A stretch of 64,000 bases of DNA from an uncultured Hyphomicrobiales bacterium (GTDB lineage Bacteria; Pseudomonadota; Alphaproteobacteria; Reyranellales; JAQSWP01): the NCBI GenBank assembly GCA_964458605.1, contig CAYWLS010000018.1, positions 2,886-66,885 of the forward strand, read 5' to 3'. A program made the translations under genes and the position numbers. Each line of letters opens with the position of its first letter. Position 1 is the first letter of the stretch. The notes below the pieces were generated by a model. It was not told the DNA's origin, did no database searches, and was given only the letters and a program-made list of their open reading frames with translations. Below are positions 37,965 to 47,082 of the stretch, in pieces.

Positions 37965-40033
37965 TGGCCAATGCGCTGAACATCGCCTTCGACCCGTTCC
38001 TGCCCTGGGCCGTCATCGCCGCGCTGGGCGCGGTGGCGCTGGTCCTGGTGGCGCTGTCCCTGCGCGCCCACGCCCGCGGCACGGTTTGGCGGCTGGTGGT
38101 GCTGGCGACCTTGCTGGGCGCGCTGGCCAATCCGCTGCTGGTGCAGCAGGAGCGCCACTTCCTGCCCGACATCGCCCTGGTGGTGGTCGACAAATCCGAC
38201 AGCCAGTCGCTGGCGCAGCGGCCGCAGCAGCTCGAGACCGCCCGCGCCGGCCTGATGCGCCAGTTGGCGCAGATGGATCACCTTGAGGTGCGCGAGGTCA
38301 CCCTGAACGGCGGCGCGGGCGACAATGGCGGCGGCACGCATCTGGTCGAGACCATGACCAACGCGCTGGCCGACATCCCGCGCGACCGGCTGGCCGGCGT
38401 CATCATGCTGACCGACGGCCAGGTGCACGACGCCCCGCCGCAAGGCCAGGCCCAGTCGCCCGGCGCGCCGGTGCAGGTGCTGCTGACCGGCAAGCGCGGC
38501 GAGATCGACCGCCGGCTGGTGGTGGAACAGGCACCGCGCTTCGGCGTGGTCGGCAAGAGCGTCTCGGCCAAGCTGCGCGTCGAGGACGACGACCTGCCCG
38601 GCGGCACGGTGCCGATCAGCATCTCGGTGCAGGGCAAGCCGCCCATGACCGTGCCGGCGCGGGTCGGCCAGAGCACCACCGTCGAGCTGCCGATCGACCT
38701 GGCCGGCGACAACGTGATCGAGGCCTCGGTGCCGCCCGGCCGCCAGGAACTGACCTTGGAGAACAACCGCACCCTGTTCAGCGTCTCGGGCGTGCGCGAC
38801 CGGCTGCGCGTGCTGCTGGTGTCGGGCGAGCCCTATCAGGGCGAGCGCGCCTGGCGCAACCTGCTGAAATCGGATCCGGCGGTCGACCTGATCCACTTCA
38901 CCATCCTGCGTACCCCGGCCAAGGACGACTTCACGCCGGTGCGCGAGCTGTCGCTGATCGTGTTCCCGATGCAGGAGCTGTTCGACCAGAAGCTCAACGA
39001 GTTCAACCTGATCATTTTCGACCGCTACGAGCAGGGCAACATCATCACGCCGGAATATTTCCGCAACATCGCCAAATACGTCGAGAACGGCGGGGCACTG
39101 CTGCTGAGCGTGGGGCCGATCTATGCCACCCAGCGCTCGATCTACCGCTCGCCGCTGGGCGCGGTGCTGCCGGCGGCGCCCTCGGGCCGGGTCAGCGAAG
39201 GCGGCTTCAAGCCCAGGCTGTCCGAACTCGGCCAGCGCCATCCCATCACCGCCGACCTGCCCGGCTCGGGCGGCGATGGCGATCCGAGCTGGGGCCGCTG
39301 GTTCCGCCTCATCACCAGCACCGTGGGCAAGGGCGAGACCTTGATGACCGGCGCCGACAACCAGCCGCTCTTGGTGGTCAACCGCGTCGGCAAGGGCCGG
39401 GTCGGGCAGTTGCTGTCCGATCATCTGTGGCTGTGGAACCGCGGCATCGACGGCGGCGGCCCGCAGGCCGAGTTGGTGCGCCGTCTGGCGCACTGGCTGA
39501 TGAAGGAGCCCGACCTCGAGGAAGAGGCGATCCGCGCCGTCAGCCACGGCAACCGCATCGAGATCACCCGTCGCACCCTGGCCGACAAGTTCGATCCGGT
39601 GTCGATGACCGGCCCCGACGGTACCACCCGCCCGCTGGCCTTCCGCCAGGTGGCGCCGGGCCGCGGCCTGGCGGTGGTCAGCGTCGACAAGCCGGGCGTC
39701 TATCGCTTCGACGACGGCAAGCTGCAGACCGTGGCGGCGGTGGGCAGCGCCAACCCGGTCGAGTTCGCCGATGTGCGCGCCACCACCCAGCGGCTGAAGC
39801 CGCTGGTCGACGCCTCGGGCGGCGGCTTCGTCTGGCTGGCCGATGCGCCGACGCCGGACGTGCGCAGCGTGCGCGAAGGGCGCACCGCGTCGGGCCGCGA
39901 CTGGGTCGGGCTGGTGCGGCGCGAGGCCTATAACGTGACCGGCGTGCGCGAATTTCCGCTGCTGCCCGGCTTCGTGCTGGCGCTGGTGCTGTTCCTGGGG
40001 CTGGGCCTGGCCTGGTATCGCGAAGGCCGCTGA
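37964..40033 (+). CDS. membrane protein of the MoxR operon (GATase1-like fold family, unknown function)
   Basis: 689 aa. TGATG overlap with the upstream gene. 2 N-terminal TM segments and 1 C-terminal TM segment. Central LLVSGEPYQGERAWRNLLKSDP...FDRY block. Confidence 0.65.
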   Translation: MANALNIAFDPFLPWAVIAALGAVALVLVALSLRAHARGTVWRLVVLATLLGALANPLLVQQERHFLPDIALVVVDKSDSQSLAQRPQQLETARAGLMRQLAQMDHLEVREVTLNGGAGDNGGGTHLVETMTNALADIPRDRLAGVIMLTDGQVHDAPPQGQAQSPGAPVQVLLTGKRGEIDRRLVVEQAPRFGVVGKSVSAKLRVEDDDLPGGTVPISISVQGKPPMTVPARVGQSTTVELPIDLAGDNVIEASVPPGRQELTLENNRTLFSVSGVRDRLRVLLVSGEPYQGERAWRNLLKSDPAVDLIHFTILRTPAKDDFTPVRELSLIVFPMQELFDQKLNEFNLIIFDRYEQGNIITPEYFRNIAKYVENGGALLLSVGPIYATQRSIYRSPLGAVLPAAPSGRVSEGGFKPRLSELGQRHPITADLPGSGGDGDPSWGRWFRLITSTVGKGETLMTGADNQPLLVVNRVGKGRVGQLLSDHLWLWNRGIDGGGPQAELVRRLAHWLMKEPDLEEEAIRAVSHGNRIEITRRTLADKFDPVSMTGPDGTTRPLAFRQVAPGRGLAVVSVDKPGVYRFDDGKLQTVAAVGSANPVEFADVRATTQRLKPLVDASGGGFVWLADAPTPDVRSVREGRTASGRDWVGLVRREAYNVTGVREFPLLPGFVLALVLFLGLGLAWYREGR

Positions 40034-40222
40034 CCGCCGGGCCGCAAGGCAGCCGTTCGATTCCATCGTTCGCGCGACGTTCCCCTGCCCGTCACGCCGG
40101 CGAGCGCCGATCACCGGCGAGAAACCGGTTTTGGCGCATGGGAGGCCTGATCCGCCGCGGCGTTGTCTTGTCTTGGCGATCCGCCCATATAGGCTGCCAA
40201 TCGCAACCGCCTTTTAGGAATT

Positions 40223-40276
40223 GAGCGGATTCACGCGATGGGTGAAACATGGTGTTTCATCCATCGCGATCCGCTC
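40223..40276. repeat. palindromic repeat, single unit A (copy 5, inverted orientation)
   Basis: GAGCGGATTCACGCGATGGGTGAAACA-TGG-TGTTTCATCCATCGCGATCCGCTC, preceded by TTAGGAAT (reverse complement of the doublet linker). Ends 15 nt before the pirin ATG. Confidence 0.85.
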
Positions 40277-40291
40277 AACCGGGAGACCGCC

Positions 40292-41011
40292 ATGATCGAC
40301 GTCCGCCCCTATGCCAAGCTCGGCCGCTTCGACAACGAGTGGCTGAACGCGCGCTATCATTTCAGCTTCGCCGGCTACCACGACGGCAAGCGCATGGGCC
40401 AGGGCCCGCTGATCGTGTGGAACAACGACCGCATCCGCGCCGGCACCGGCTTCGACCCGCATCCCCATCGCGACATGGAGATCATCACCTATGTGATGAA
40501 GGGCGCGATCAGCCACCAGGACAGCCTGGGCAACAAGGGCAAGACCGGCGCCGGCCAGATCCAGGTGATGAGCGCCGGCACCGGCATCGTCCATGCCGAG
40601 CACAATCTGGAGGGCGAGGAGACCGAGCTGTTCCAGATCTGGATCGCGCCGGACCGCCAGGGCGTCAAGCCGCGCTGGGAGACGCTCGACTTCCCGGCCG
40701 CGGAGCGCAGCGGCAAGCTGCAGCCGCTGGCCTCGGGCCGGGCCGGCGACGACAGCGCGATCCCGCTCTACCAGGACGCGGCGGTCTATGCCGCCACCCT
40801 GGAGCCGGGCCAGAGCATCGAGCACAAGATGGGCAAGGACCGCCAGGCCTATCTGGTGCTGGCCAAGGGCAGCGCCGAGATCAACGGCACCAAGCTCGGC
40901 CCGCGCGACGGCGCGGCGGTGAGCGACGTCGACAAGCTCACCATCAAGGCCGACGCGCCGGTCGAGGTGGTGCTGGTCGACGTGCCGGCCGGCCCGGCCT
41001 GGCGAGGGTAG
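40292..41011 (+). CDS. pirin family protein
   Basis: ATG 40292 (GGGAGA upstream), 239 aa. HFSFAGYHD and FDPHPHRDMEIITYV cupin metal motif. Confidence 0.9.
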   Translation: MIDVRPYAKLGRFDNEWLNARYHFSFAGYHDGKRMGQGPLIVWNNDRIRAGTGFDPHPHRDMEIITYVMKGAISHQDSLGNKGKTGAGQIQVMSAGTGIVHAEHNLEGEETELFQIWIAPDRQGVKPRWETLDFPAAERSGKLQPLASGRAGDDSAIPLYQDAAVYAATLEPGQSIEHKMGKDRQAYLVLAKGSAEINGTKLGPRDGAAVSDVDKLTIKADAPVEVVLVDVPAGPAWRG

Positions 41012-41043
41012 CCGGCGCGGTTAGCCGAGCGGGGTTGGCGCGA

Positions 41044-41997
41044 CTAGATCTCGAACGCCGCCACCAGCGGCGCGTGAAACGATCCGGGCTCGCGACGGGA
41101 CGAGGCTTGCGCCTCGACTTCGTCGGCGAGCCCTTCGTTTCCGGCCTCGACGCTTTTCAGGCCGCGCGCCAGCGCCGCCGACAGCAGCAGGTGATCGAGC
41201 ACCACCTTGCGGCCGCCGAAGATCACCGTGTAGCGCCTCTCTTCGGGCAGGCGCTGCTCGGCGGGCAACAGCGCCCGTGCCGCCAGGGCCTGGTTGTTGG
41301 TGTCCTCGGAGGCGGCGCGCAGCAGCCGCAGCGGCATCTCGTAGAGATCGGCATTGAGATCGCCCGCCACGACGATCAAGGCCTCGGCATCGGCGTCGAG
41401 CAGGTCGTCGACCAGCAGCCGTGCCTCCAGCGCCTGGCCGATGCGCTTCAAGGTCGAGAGGTGGAAGCCTTGCGCCCAGTCGCGCGTGCTCTGCCACACG
41501 CCATGCTGCTTGGCCTGCGGCCGGTAGGTGGCCAGCGGCGCGCGCAGATGCAGGTCCAGCACATGCAGCGTCCGCCCGTCCGGCAATCCAAGCTCGACCT
41601 GCAGGATCGGGCGGTCCCAGCGCGGCTGCACGCCGTCGGGCGCCAGCGGCGGCGCCACCTTGTCGTGGCGCACCGAGCGGCTGGCGCGGATGGCGAAGCG
41701 CGACAGCACCGCCAGATTGTGGCGGTCGGCCGGGCCGTGGCCGGGTTCGGCTTCGCCGACGGCGCGGTGGTAGGCGGCATATTGCGTGTCCTCGACCAGC
41801 CGCTCCAGCGCTGCCAGGCCGCGGCGGTGCGGCGCGATCGCCTGCGCATCGACCTCCTGCAGGCACAGCACGTCGGCCCGTAGCGCCTGCAGTTGCGGCC
41901 GCAGCGCGGCGATGCGCCGGTCCAGCGGGATCGCGCCGGCCCGCTCGTCGCCCAGGGTCTCCAGGTTGAATGTCGCGATGCGGAACGCCTGGGCCAC
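41044..41997 (-). CDS. endonuclease/exonuclease/phosphatase (EEP) family protein
   Basis: 317 aa. IATFNLETL, LCLQEV, VVAGDLN and SFHAPLVA motifs. Confidence 0.8.
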   Translation of the reverse strand: MAQAFRIATFNLETLGDERAGAIPLDRRIAALRPQLQALRADVLCLQEVDAQAIAPHRRGLAALERLVEDTQYAAYHRAVGEAEPGHGPADRHNLAVLSRFAIRASRSVRHDKVAPPLAPDGVQPRWDRPILQVELGLPDGRTLHVLDLHLRAPLATYRPQAKQHGVWQSTRDWAQGFHLSTLKRIGQALEARLLVDDLLDADAEALIVVAGDLNADLYEMPLRLLRAASEDTNNQALAARALLPAEQRLPEERRYTVIFGGRKVVLDHLLLSAALARGLKSVEAGNEGLADEVEAQASSRREPGSFHAPLVAAFEI

Positions 41998-42089
41998 GCG
42001 CTATCTTCCCCTTGTCCGATCGGACTGCTATGCCGCCGCTACGACAGTGGCGCGGACCGCTGCGCAAAGCCAGCGTCCAGGGAGGAATC

Positions 42090-42866
42090 ATGGCCTACAA
42101 ACCCTTCGACCTCAGCGGCAAGGTCTCGCTGATCACCGGCGGCAACAGCGGCATCGGGCTGGGCATGGCCGAGGCGCTGGCCCAGGCGGGCGCGGGCGTG
42201 TGCATCTGGGGCACCAACCCGCAGAAGAACGAGGCGGCGCTCAAGCATCTCAAGCAATTCGGCACCAAGGTGCATGCGCAGATCTGCGACGTCGCCGACG
42301 AGGCGGCGGTCGAGCGCGCCTTCGCCGAAACGCTCGAGGCGATGGGCCAGGTCGACAACTGCGTGGCCAATGCCGGCGTGTCGGGCAAGGGCGCCGCGCC
42401 GATCCACGAGATGCCGACCGCCGAGTGGCGGCGCATGATGAGCGTCAACCTGGACGGCGCCTTCTTCACCATGCGCGCGGCGGCCAAGCACATGGTCGAG
42501 CGCGGCCAGGGCGGCTCGATCGTCGCCATGGCCTCCTCGGCCGCGATCGAGGGCGCCGCCCGCAACGCCCATTACGGCGCCACCAAGGGCGCGCTGTGCG
42601 CGATGATCCGCGCCATGGCGGTCGAGCTGGCGCGCTACAAGGTGCGCTGCAACTCGATCCTGCCGGGCTGGATCGAGACGCCGATGACCGAGCGGCTGTT
42701 CAAGGACAACAAGCCGTTCGTCGACAAGGTGATGCCGCGCGTGCCGGCGCGCCGGCCCGGCGTGGGCGCCGATTTCGGGCCGCTGGCGGTATACCTGGCG
42801 TCGGACGCCACCAACTACACCACCGGCCAGAATTTCGTGGTCGACGGCGGCTACACCATCTTCTGA
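42090..42866 (+). CDS. SDR family oxidoreductase
   Basis: ATG 42090 (GGAGGA upstream), 258 aa. ITGGNSGIGLG and YGATKGAL catalytic motifs. Confidence 0.85.
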   Translation: MAYKPFDLSGKVSLITGGNSGIGLGMAEALAQAGAGVCIWGTNPQKNEAALKHLKQFGTKVHAQICDVADEAAVERAFAETLEAMGQVDNCVANAGVSGKGAAPIHEMPTAEWRRMMSVNLDGAFFTMRAAAKHMVERGQGGSIVAMASSAAIEGAARNAHYGATKGALCAMIRAMAVELARYKVRCNSILPGWIETPMTERLFKDNKPFVDKVMPRVPARRPGVGADFGPLAVYLASDATNYTTGQNFVVDGGYTIF

Positions 42867-42870
42867 GCCG

Positions 42871-43680
42871 TCAGTGAGGCGGCGGCCCGCTCGCCAGCAG
42901 GGCCGCCAATCCCAGCACCACCGCGCCCAGCATCGTTTCCGCCGCCAGCGCCAGCATGGCGCAATGCGCCGCCGCGCCCTCGCGCGGCACAGCCGGCAGC
43001 AGCGCATAGCGATTGACCGCCGCCAGCAACAGCATGGCGGCGAAGCACAGCAGCTTGCCGATCAGCAACGCCCCGTAGCGCCCGGCGAAGGCCGCCAGGA
43101 TATCGCCGCTTGCGATCTGCAGGTTGAGCAGGCCGGTCAGCACCAGCAGCGAGACGCAGGCCAGGCCAAGCGGCGCAAAGCCTCGCAGCGGCGCCAGATC
43201 GCGCCGCGCCGCGCCGAACAGCGCCGCCGCCATGCCGCCGACCCACACCATGGCGGCGCCGACATGCACGGCCAGCACGATGCCGCCAATCCAGGGCTGG
43301 GCCGAAGCGGCGCCGTGCCCCAGCACCGCCCAGAGCGCGACATCGCCCACGCCCGCCAGCAGTCCCAACCGTCGCCCGGCGGGACCGCCGCGGACCAGCA
43401 GCGCGATCCACAGGCCGACCGCCACCGCGCGCCCCAGCATTGCCAGCCCGAAGCGCGTGTCGAAGGCGACCAGATCGAGGGTCGCGAAGAACTCGCCCGG
43501 ATCGGCCAGGGCGGCGCTTTGCGTCAACAGCCGCGCCAGCGGCACGAGCGCGACAGGCAGGAACAGCAGCAGCGCGCTCCGCCGTGACGGCCAGGCGAAC
43601 ACACCGGCGCCGACAAGGGCGACGGTGGCGAACAGATCCGCCATCCGCAGCAGCAGCGCCAGCGTGTCCAGCCCGCTCAC
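42871..43680 (-). CDS. copD: copper resistance/uptake protein CopD family
   Basis: 269 aa, GTG start 1 nt after the copC stop. About 8 hydrophobic segments. Position downstream of copC. Confidence 0.7.
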   Translation of the reverse strand: MSGLDTLALLLRMADLFATVALVGAGVFAWPSRRSALLLFLPVALVPLARLLTQSAALADPGEFFATLDLVAFDTRFGLAMLGRAVAVGLWIALLVRGGPAGRRLGLLAGVGDVALWAVLGHGAASAQPWIGGIVLAVHVGAAMVWVGGMAAALFGAARRDLAPLRGFAPLGLACVSLLVLTGLLNLQIASGDILAAFAGRYGALLIGKLLCFAAMLLLAAVNRYALLPAVPREGAAAHCAMLALAAETMLGAVVLGLAALLASGPPPH

Positions 43681-43681
43681 G

Positions 43682-44050
43682 CTATTTCACCATGAAGGTG
43701 AAATTGCCCGAGGTTTTGTGGCCATCGACAGACACCACGCTCCACTCGACGCGATAGCTTCCCGGCGGCAACGCCGGGACGGCGACGTCGATGCGGTGAC
43801 GGTCTTCGGCGGCCACGCCGCCGGGCGCGGCATCGACCTCCTTGCCGTCGGCGTCCTTGACCACCGCCTTGCTCAGCGCCGGTTCGATCGCCTCGCTGAA
43901 CCAGAGCTGCACCTTCTGCGGCGCCGGCCCCGCGCTGCCGACCTTCGGCTCGGCGCGCTGCAGCTGGGCATGCGCCCAAGCCAAGCCAGGCGCCAGGCCA
44001 GGCGCCATGCCCAGCGCCACGATGACCGCCGCAACGATCTTCTTGCTCAT
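43682..44050 (-). CDS. copC: copper-binding periplasmic protein CopC
   Basis: 122 aa from ATG 44050. Signal ...LAWA then HAQLQRAEP (mature N-terminal His), SYRVEWSVVSVDGHKTSGNFTFMV. No stop codon separates it from the upstream ORF. Confidence 0.85.
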   Translation of the reverse strand: MSKKIVAAVIVALGMAPGLAPGLAWAHAQLQRAEPKVGSAGPAPQKVQLWFSEAIEPALSKAVVKDADGKEVDAAPGGVAAEDRHRIDVAVPALPPGSYRVEWSVVSVDGHKTSGNFTFMVK

Positions 44051-45019
44051 TTGCCGCCCCCCCAAGATCGGCTTGCCGAGCGAATCGGGAAAGATGTCGT
44101 CGAGATACAGATGGACCTGCATGAGCACCCCGACGCCCTTGCCGCTGGCACGGTTGATCGGCAATTGCGCCTCCAGCCCGAACTGCACCGACTGGCCGGT
44201 CCAGATCAGGCCCGGATTGACTGTACCGGTGGTCTTGCGGTCGGGTCCGCCCAACGGCGTTTCGAAGGCCATTTCCACGATCGGCACCAGCCGGTCGAAC
44301 GGCGCGCCGAGGCCGATATCGTGCACGTTGGCCTGCAGATAGGACAGGCTGTATTGCAGGGTGAAGCCCCACTCCAGCGTGGCGTAGTGGCGCTCGACCT
44401 CCTGCTCGTACTCCATCGTATCGGGATTGTAGCTGGTGGTGGCGGTGCGCCTCCTGAACGGCAGGTTGACCCCCACCGAACCGGTGATGCCCAGCGGCCG
44501 GACGAAGTCGATGCCGATATCGCCCAGCCCCTTGCCGAAATAGACCGTAGGCGTGACCGACCAGAAGCTCTCCGCGCCGATGCGTTTTGAGCCCCAGCCG
44601 CCGACGTCGAAATCGGCGCCGACCGACAGGACGAACTCGCTGGCCGGATCCTTGACCAGCATGTACTTGAACCCGACCCCGAGATTGTCGAAGCCGCGCT
44701 GCGTGCGTTCGCCGCGCGGATTGACGATGACATAGGCCTGCTCGAAGGAGATGCCGAAATCGGGCGTGACAGTCTTCGCCCATTCGACCGAAATCTCGCT
44801 TTCGCGGGACGGCGCTTCGTCTTCGCTGCCGTATTGGCGCAGGCTCGAGAAGGTAGGCACCGACAATTCGTCGGCCACGAAGGGATCCTCGACCAGCAGC
44901 GAGGCGACCAAGAAGCGATTGCCGACGACGCCGTGCGCCTGGGCCGGCGGCATGGCGAAGGCTGCGGCCAGCAACAGGGCCGCCGACGGACCGGCGAGGC
45001 CGGTCGCGAGACGGGACAT
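44051..45019 (-). CDS. putative outer-membrane beta-barrel protein, reads in frame into copC
   Basis: ATG 45019. Signal ...MPPAQA then HGVVG. Many alternating-hydrophobic strands (ISVEWAKTV, LGVGFKYMLV, FVLSVGADFDV, TLEWGFTLQYSL, VQFGLEAQLPI, VLMQVHLYLDDIF). The family assignment is tentative. Confidence 0.55.
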
Positions 45020-45092
45020 GGGATTTTCCCCAAAAAAAGCGTGACGGGACGGCCGCCCGCATCGAAGCGGGCGGCTTGGTTGAAAACCGGCG

Positions 45093-45644
45093 TCAGGCTT
45101 GCTGGGGAGGACCGCGCGGCTGGGCGGCGGCGATGCGATGCGAGGGCGCGTGCCAGCGATGGAACACCGGCTGGGCCTGGGCATCGTTCTTCGGCAGCGG
45201 CAGCGAAGGCGCCGCCGCCAGCATCACGACGGCGCCGGCGACCTTGCAGATCGGGCAGCCGCCGTCGTCCGTTGCGGCCGGCTTGGCGCCGCCGTCCTGG
45301 TCGGCGATGACGCCGGGATTGGGACAGAAGGCTTCGGGCGGGATCTGCGCTGCCTCGGCCGTGGCGCCATGGCCCTGATGCGCCATGGCCTGATGGGCTG
45401 GGGCCTGATGGGCTGGGGCCTGATGGGCTGGGGCCTGATGGGTTGCGCCCTGACGCGCCATATCCGGCATGGTCGCCATCGCGTCCATGCCGGGCATCGC
45501 CAGCATCATGTAATAGGGCATCCACTGGGCCGGGATGGCCGGCGCCAGCGCATAAAGCGCGACCGCGACAAAGGCCAGGCTGCGGCCGATCCGCCGCAGC
45601 AAGCCAGGCTTATGATGCAGTGTTCGGATCACGCGATTCCCCAT
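45093..45644 (-). CDS. Met/His-rich membrane-anchored protein, DUF2946-like
   Basis: 183 aa. N-terminal TM, MPYYMMLAMPGMDAMATMPDM, (AHQAP) repeats, CPIC followed by a hydrophobic segment. This architecture recalls DUF2946 proteins of copper loci. Confidence 0.55.
   Translation of the reverse strand: MGNRVIRTLHHKPGLLRRIGRSLAFVAVALYALAPAIPAQWMPYYMMLAMPGMDAMATMPDMARQGATHQAPAHQAPAHQAPAHQAMAHQGHGATAEAAQIPPEAFCPNPGVIADQDGGAKPAATDDGGCPICKVAGAVVMLAAAPSLPLPKNDAQAQPVFHRWHAPSHRIAAAQPRGPPQQA
45371..45445 (-). repeat. 15-bp in-frame tandem repeat GGCCTGATGGGCTGG (plus strand), ~3.8 copies plus degenerate flank
   Basis: Units at 45387-45401, 45402-45416, 45417-45431 and partial 45432-45443. Encodes HQAPAHQAPAHQAPAHQA on the minus strand. 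Confidence 0.9.
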
Positions 45645-45672
45645 GCCGCAGGCGCATGCGGCAACGCCACGC

Positions 45673-45810
45673 TAGAGCGGATCAGGACTGGAAGGAAGCG
45701 CCGTGGCGCTTCCTTCCAGTCCTGTCAATCCGCTCTATTCCTAAGTGTAGAGCAAATTCACAGTTCCCGACGGCATCGACTGCGACGCCGGCAAAAGCCG
45801 ATTTGCTCTA
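45673..45810. repeat. palindromic doublet repeat, copy 4 (order A-B, divergent interiors)
   Basis: Unit A is 45673-45737 with stem CAGGACTGGAAGGAAGCG/CGCTTCCTTCCAGTCCTG. Unit B is 45748-45810 and keeps only the TAGAGCAAATTCACA...GATTTGCTCTA ends. Confidence 0.85.
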
Positions 45811-45907
45811 ATCGCGCCCGATCCCACCAACAAGGCGCGGCGGCGATTATTCCCCGGTTCGCGCAATCATGGCGCCGCGGCGCGGCGGCCCGCGCCGCCG
45901 GAACCGG

Positions 45908-47059
45908 TCAGGCCGCCATCGCCCGATCGATCGCCTGGTGCCAGTAGGTCAGGCCCGATTCGTTCTTGCCGAAGATGATCTTGGTGTTGGCGCCGGAATG
46001 GAAACCGCGCTGGGTGGTGGCGCCCAGGCCGAAATCCTCGTCCACCGCACTCTTCAGCAGACGCGCATTGGTGTCCCAGTACTGCTCCGGCTTGGAGGCG
46101 CGCATCTGCGGCTGCACCATGACGTTGAGATGCATCAGCGCCGTCTCGACGCCGGTGGGGAAGATGGTGAACACGCCGCAATGGTCCTGCACCCAGGCCA
46201 GCACCGTGTTGGGAAAGATGATGTGCAGCACCAGCGCGTGGTCGAGCAGCCGCCACTCGCTCTCCGGCTTGGCGCGCAGTTCGGGCATGGTCAGCTTGGC
46301 GGTGCAGATGCGCACGTGGTTGCCCAGCCGGTCGTAGGACGCGAAATGGTCGAGGAACAGCGGGTTGACGGTTTTGCGATGCAGGTAGCGGAAGTGATAG
46401 GCCTCCAGGAAGGTGTCCATCACCAGCTTCCAGTTCATGGCCGGCAGCACCGGCACGCTCGACTGCAACTGCCAGTCGTCCATCGCCCAGGGCGCCAGGT
46501 CGGCGGCCAGCGGGCCAAGATAGGCATCGATGTCGAAATCGGCGCTTTCGCCGCCCTCGAGCGCGGTCGGCACCACCCACACCATGCCGTATTTCTCCGC
46601 CAGTTTGAGACGGCGCAGGCCCAGCTTGGCCTTGTCGCAATCGAAGCCTTCCGGCTCGGTCAGCCCGACCAGGCGGCCTTCGGTGTCGTAGGTCCAGCCG
46701 TGATAGGTGCAGACGAAGGCACGCTTGCGGCCGCCGCACGGCGCCAGCTCGACCTGCGCGCCGCGATGGCGGCAGACATTGAGGAAGGCGCGCAAGCCGC
46801 CATCGGCGTGGCGCACCACCAGGATAGGCTGGCCGGTGTCGTTGTGGGTGATGAAGTCGCCGACCTTGGCGAGCTGGCTGGAAAAGCCGACCACGATCGG
46901 CTGGCGGCGGAAAATGACGTCCATCTCCCGCTTGTAGAGATCGGCATCGAAATAGGATTGCACCGGGGCCGAGCCCATCTCGCCGGCCAGATCCTTGTCG
47001 TTGCGCTCGGCATGCGCGAGCATGCGCTTGATCAGTTCGACCTGCTGTGCCTGTTCCAT
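45908..47059 (-). CDS. Rieske (2Fe-2S) aromatic ring-hydroxylating oxygenase, alpha subunit type
   Basis: ORF trimmed to ATG 47059 (383 aa). Rieske boxes CRHRG and CTYHGW. Mononuclear iron region EAYHFRYLH. Confidence 0.85.
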   Translation of the reverse strand: MEQAQQVELIKRMLAHAERNDKDLAGEMGSAPVQSYFDADLYKREMDVIFRRQPIVVGFSSQLAKVGDFITHNDTGQPILVVRHADGGLRAFLNVCRHRGAQVELAPCGGRKRAFVCTYHGWTYDTEGRLVGLTEPEGFDCDKAKLGLRRLKLAEKYGMVWVVPTALEGGESADFDIDAYLGPLAADLAPWAMDDWQLQSSVPVLPAMNWKLVMDTFLEAYHFRYLHRKTVNPLFLDHFASYDRLGNHVRICTAKLTMPELRAKPESEWRLLDHALVLHIIFPNTVLAWVQDHCGVFTIFPTGVETALMHLNVMVQPQMRASKPEQYWDTNARLLKSAVDEDFGLGATTQRGFHSGANTKIIFGKNESGLTYWHQAIDRAMAA

Positions 47060-47082
47060 GGCCTGCCCTTCGATATTTCTCT

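Noticed and set aside
45020-45184. N-terminal 55-codon extension of ORF 43682..45184, and the alternative frame ORF 44206..45525 (439 aa).
   Set aside because: The extension lacks an SD and precedes a perfect signal peptide starting at ATG 45019. The 439-aa frame is Arg/Pro/Ser-rich and overlaps two genes that have real motifs.
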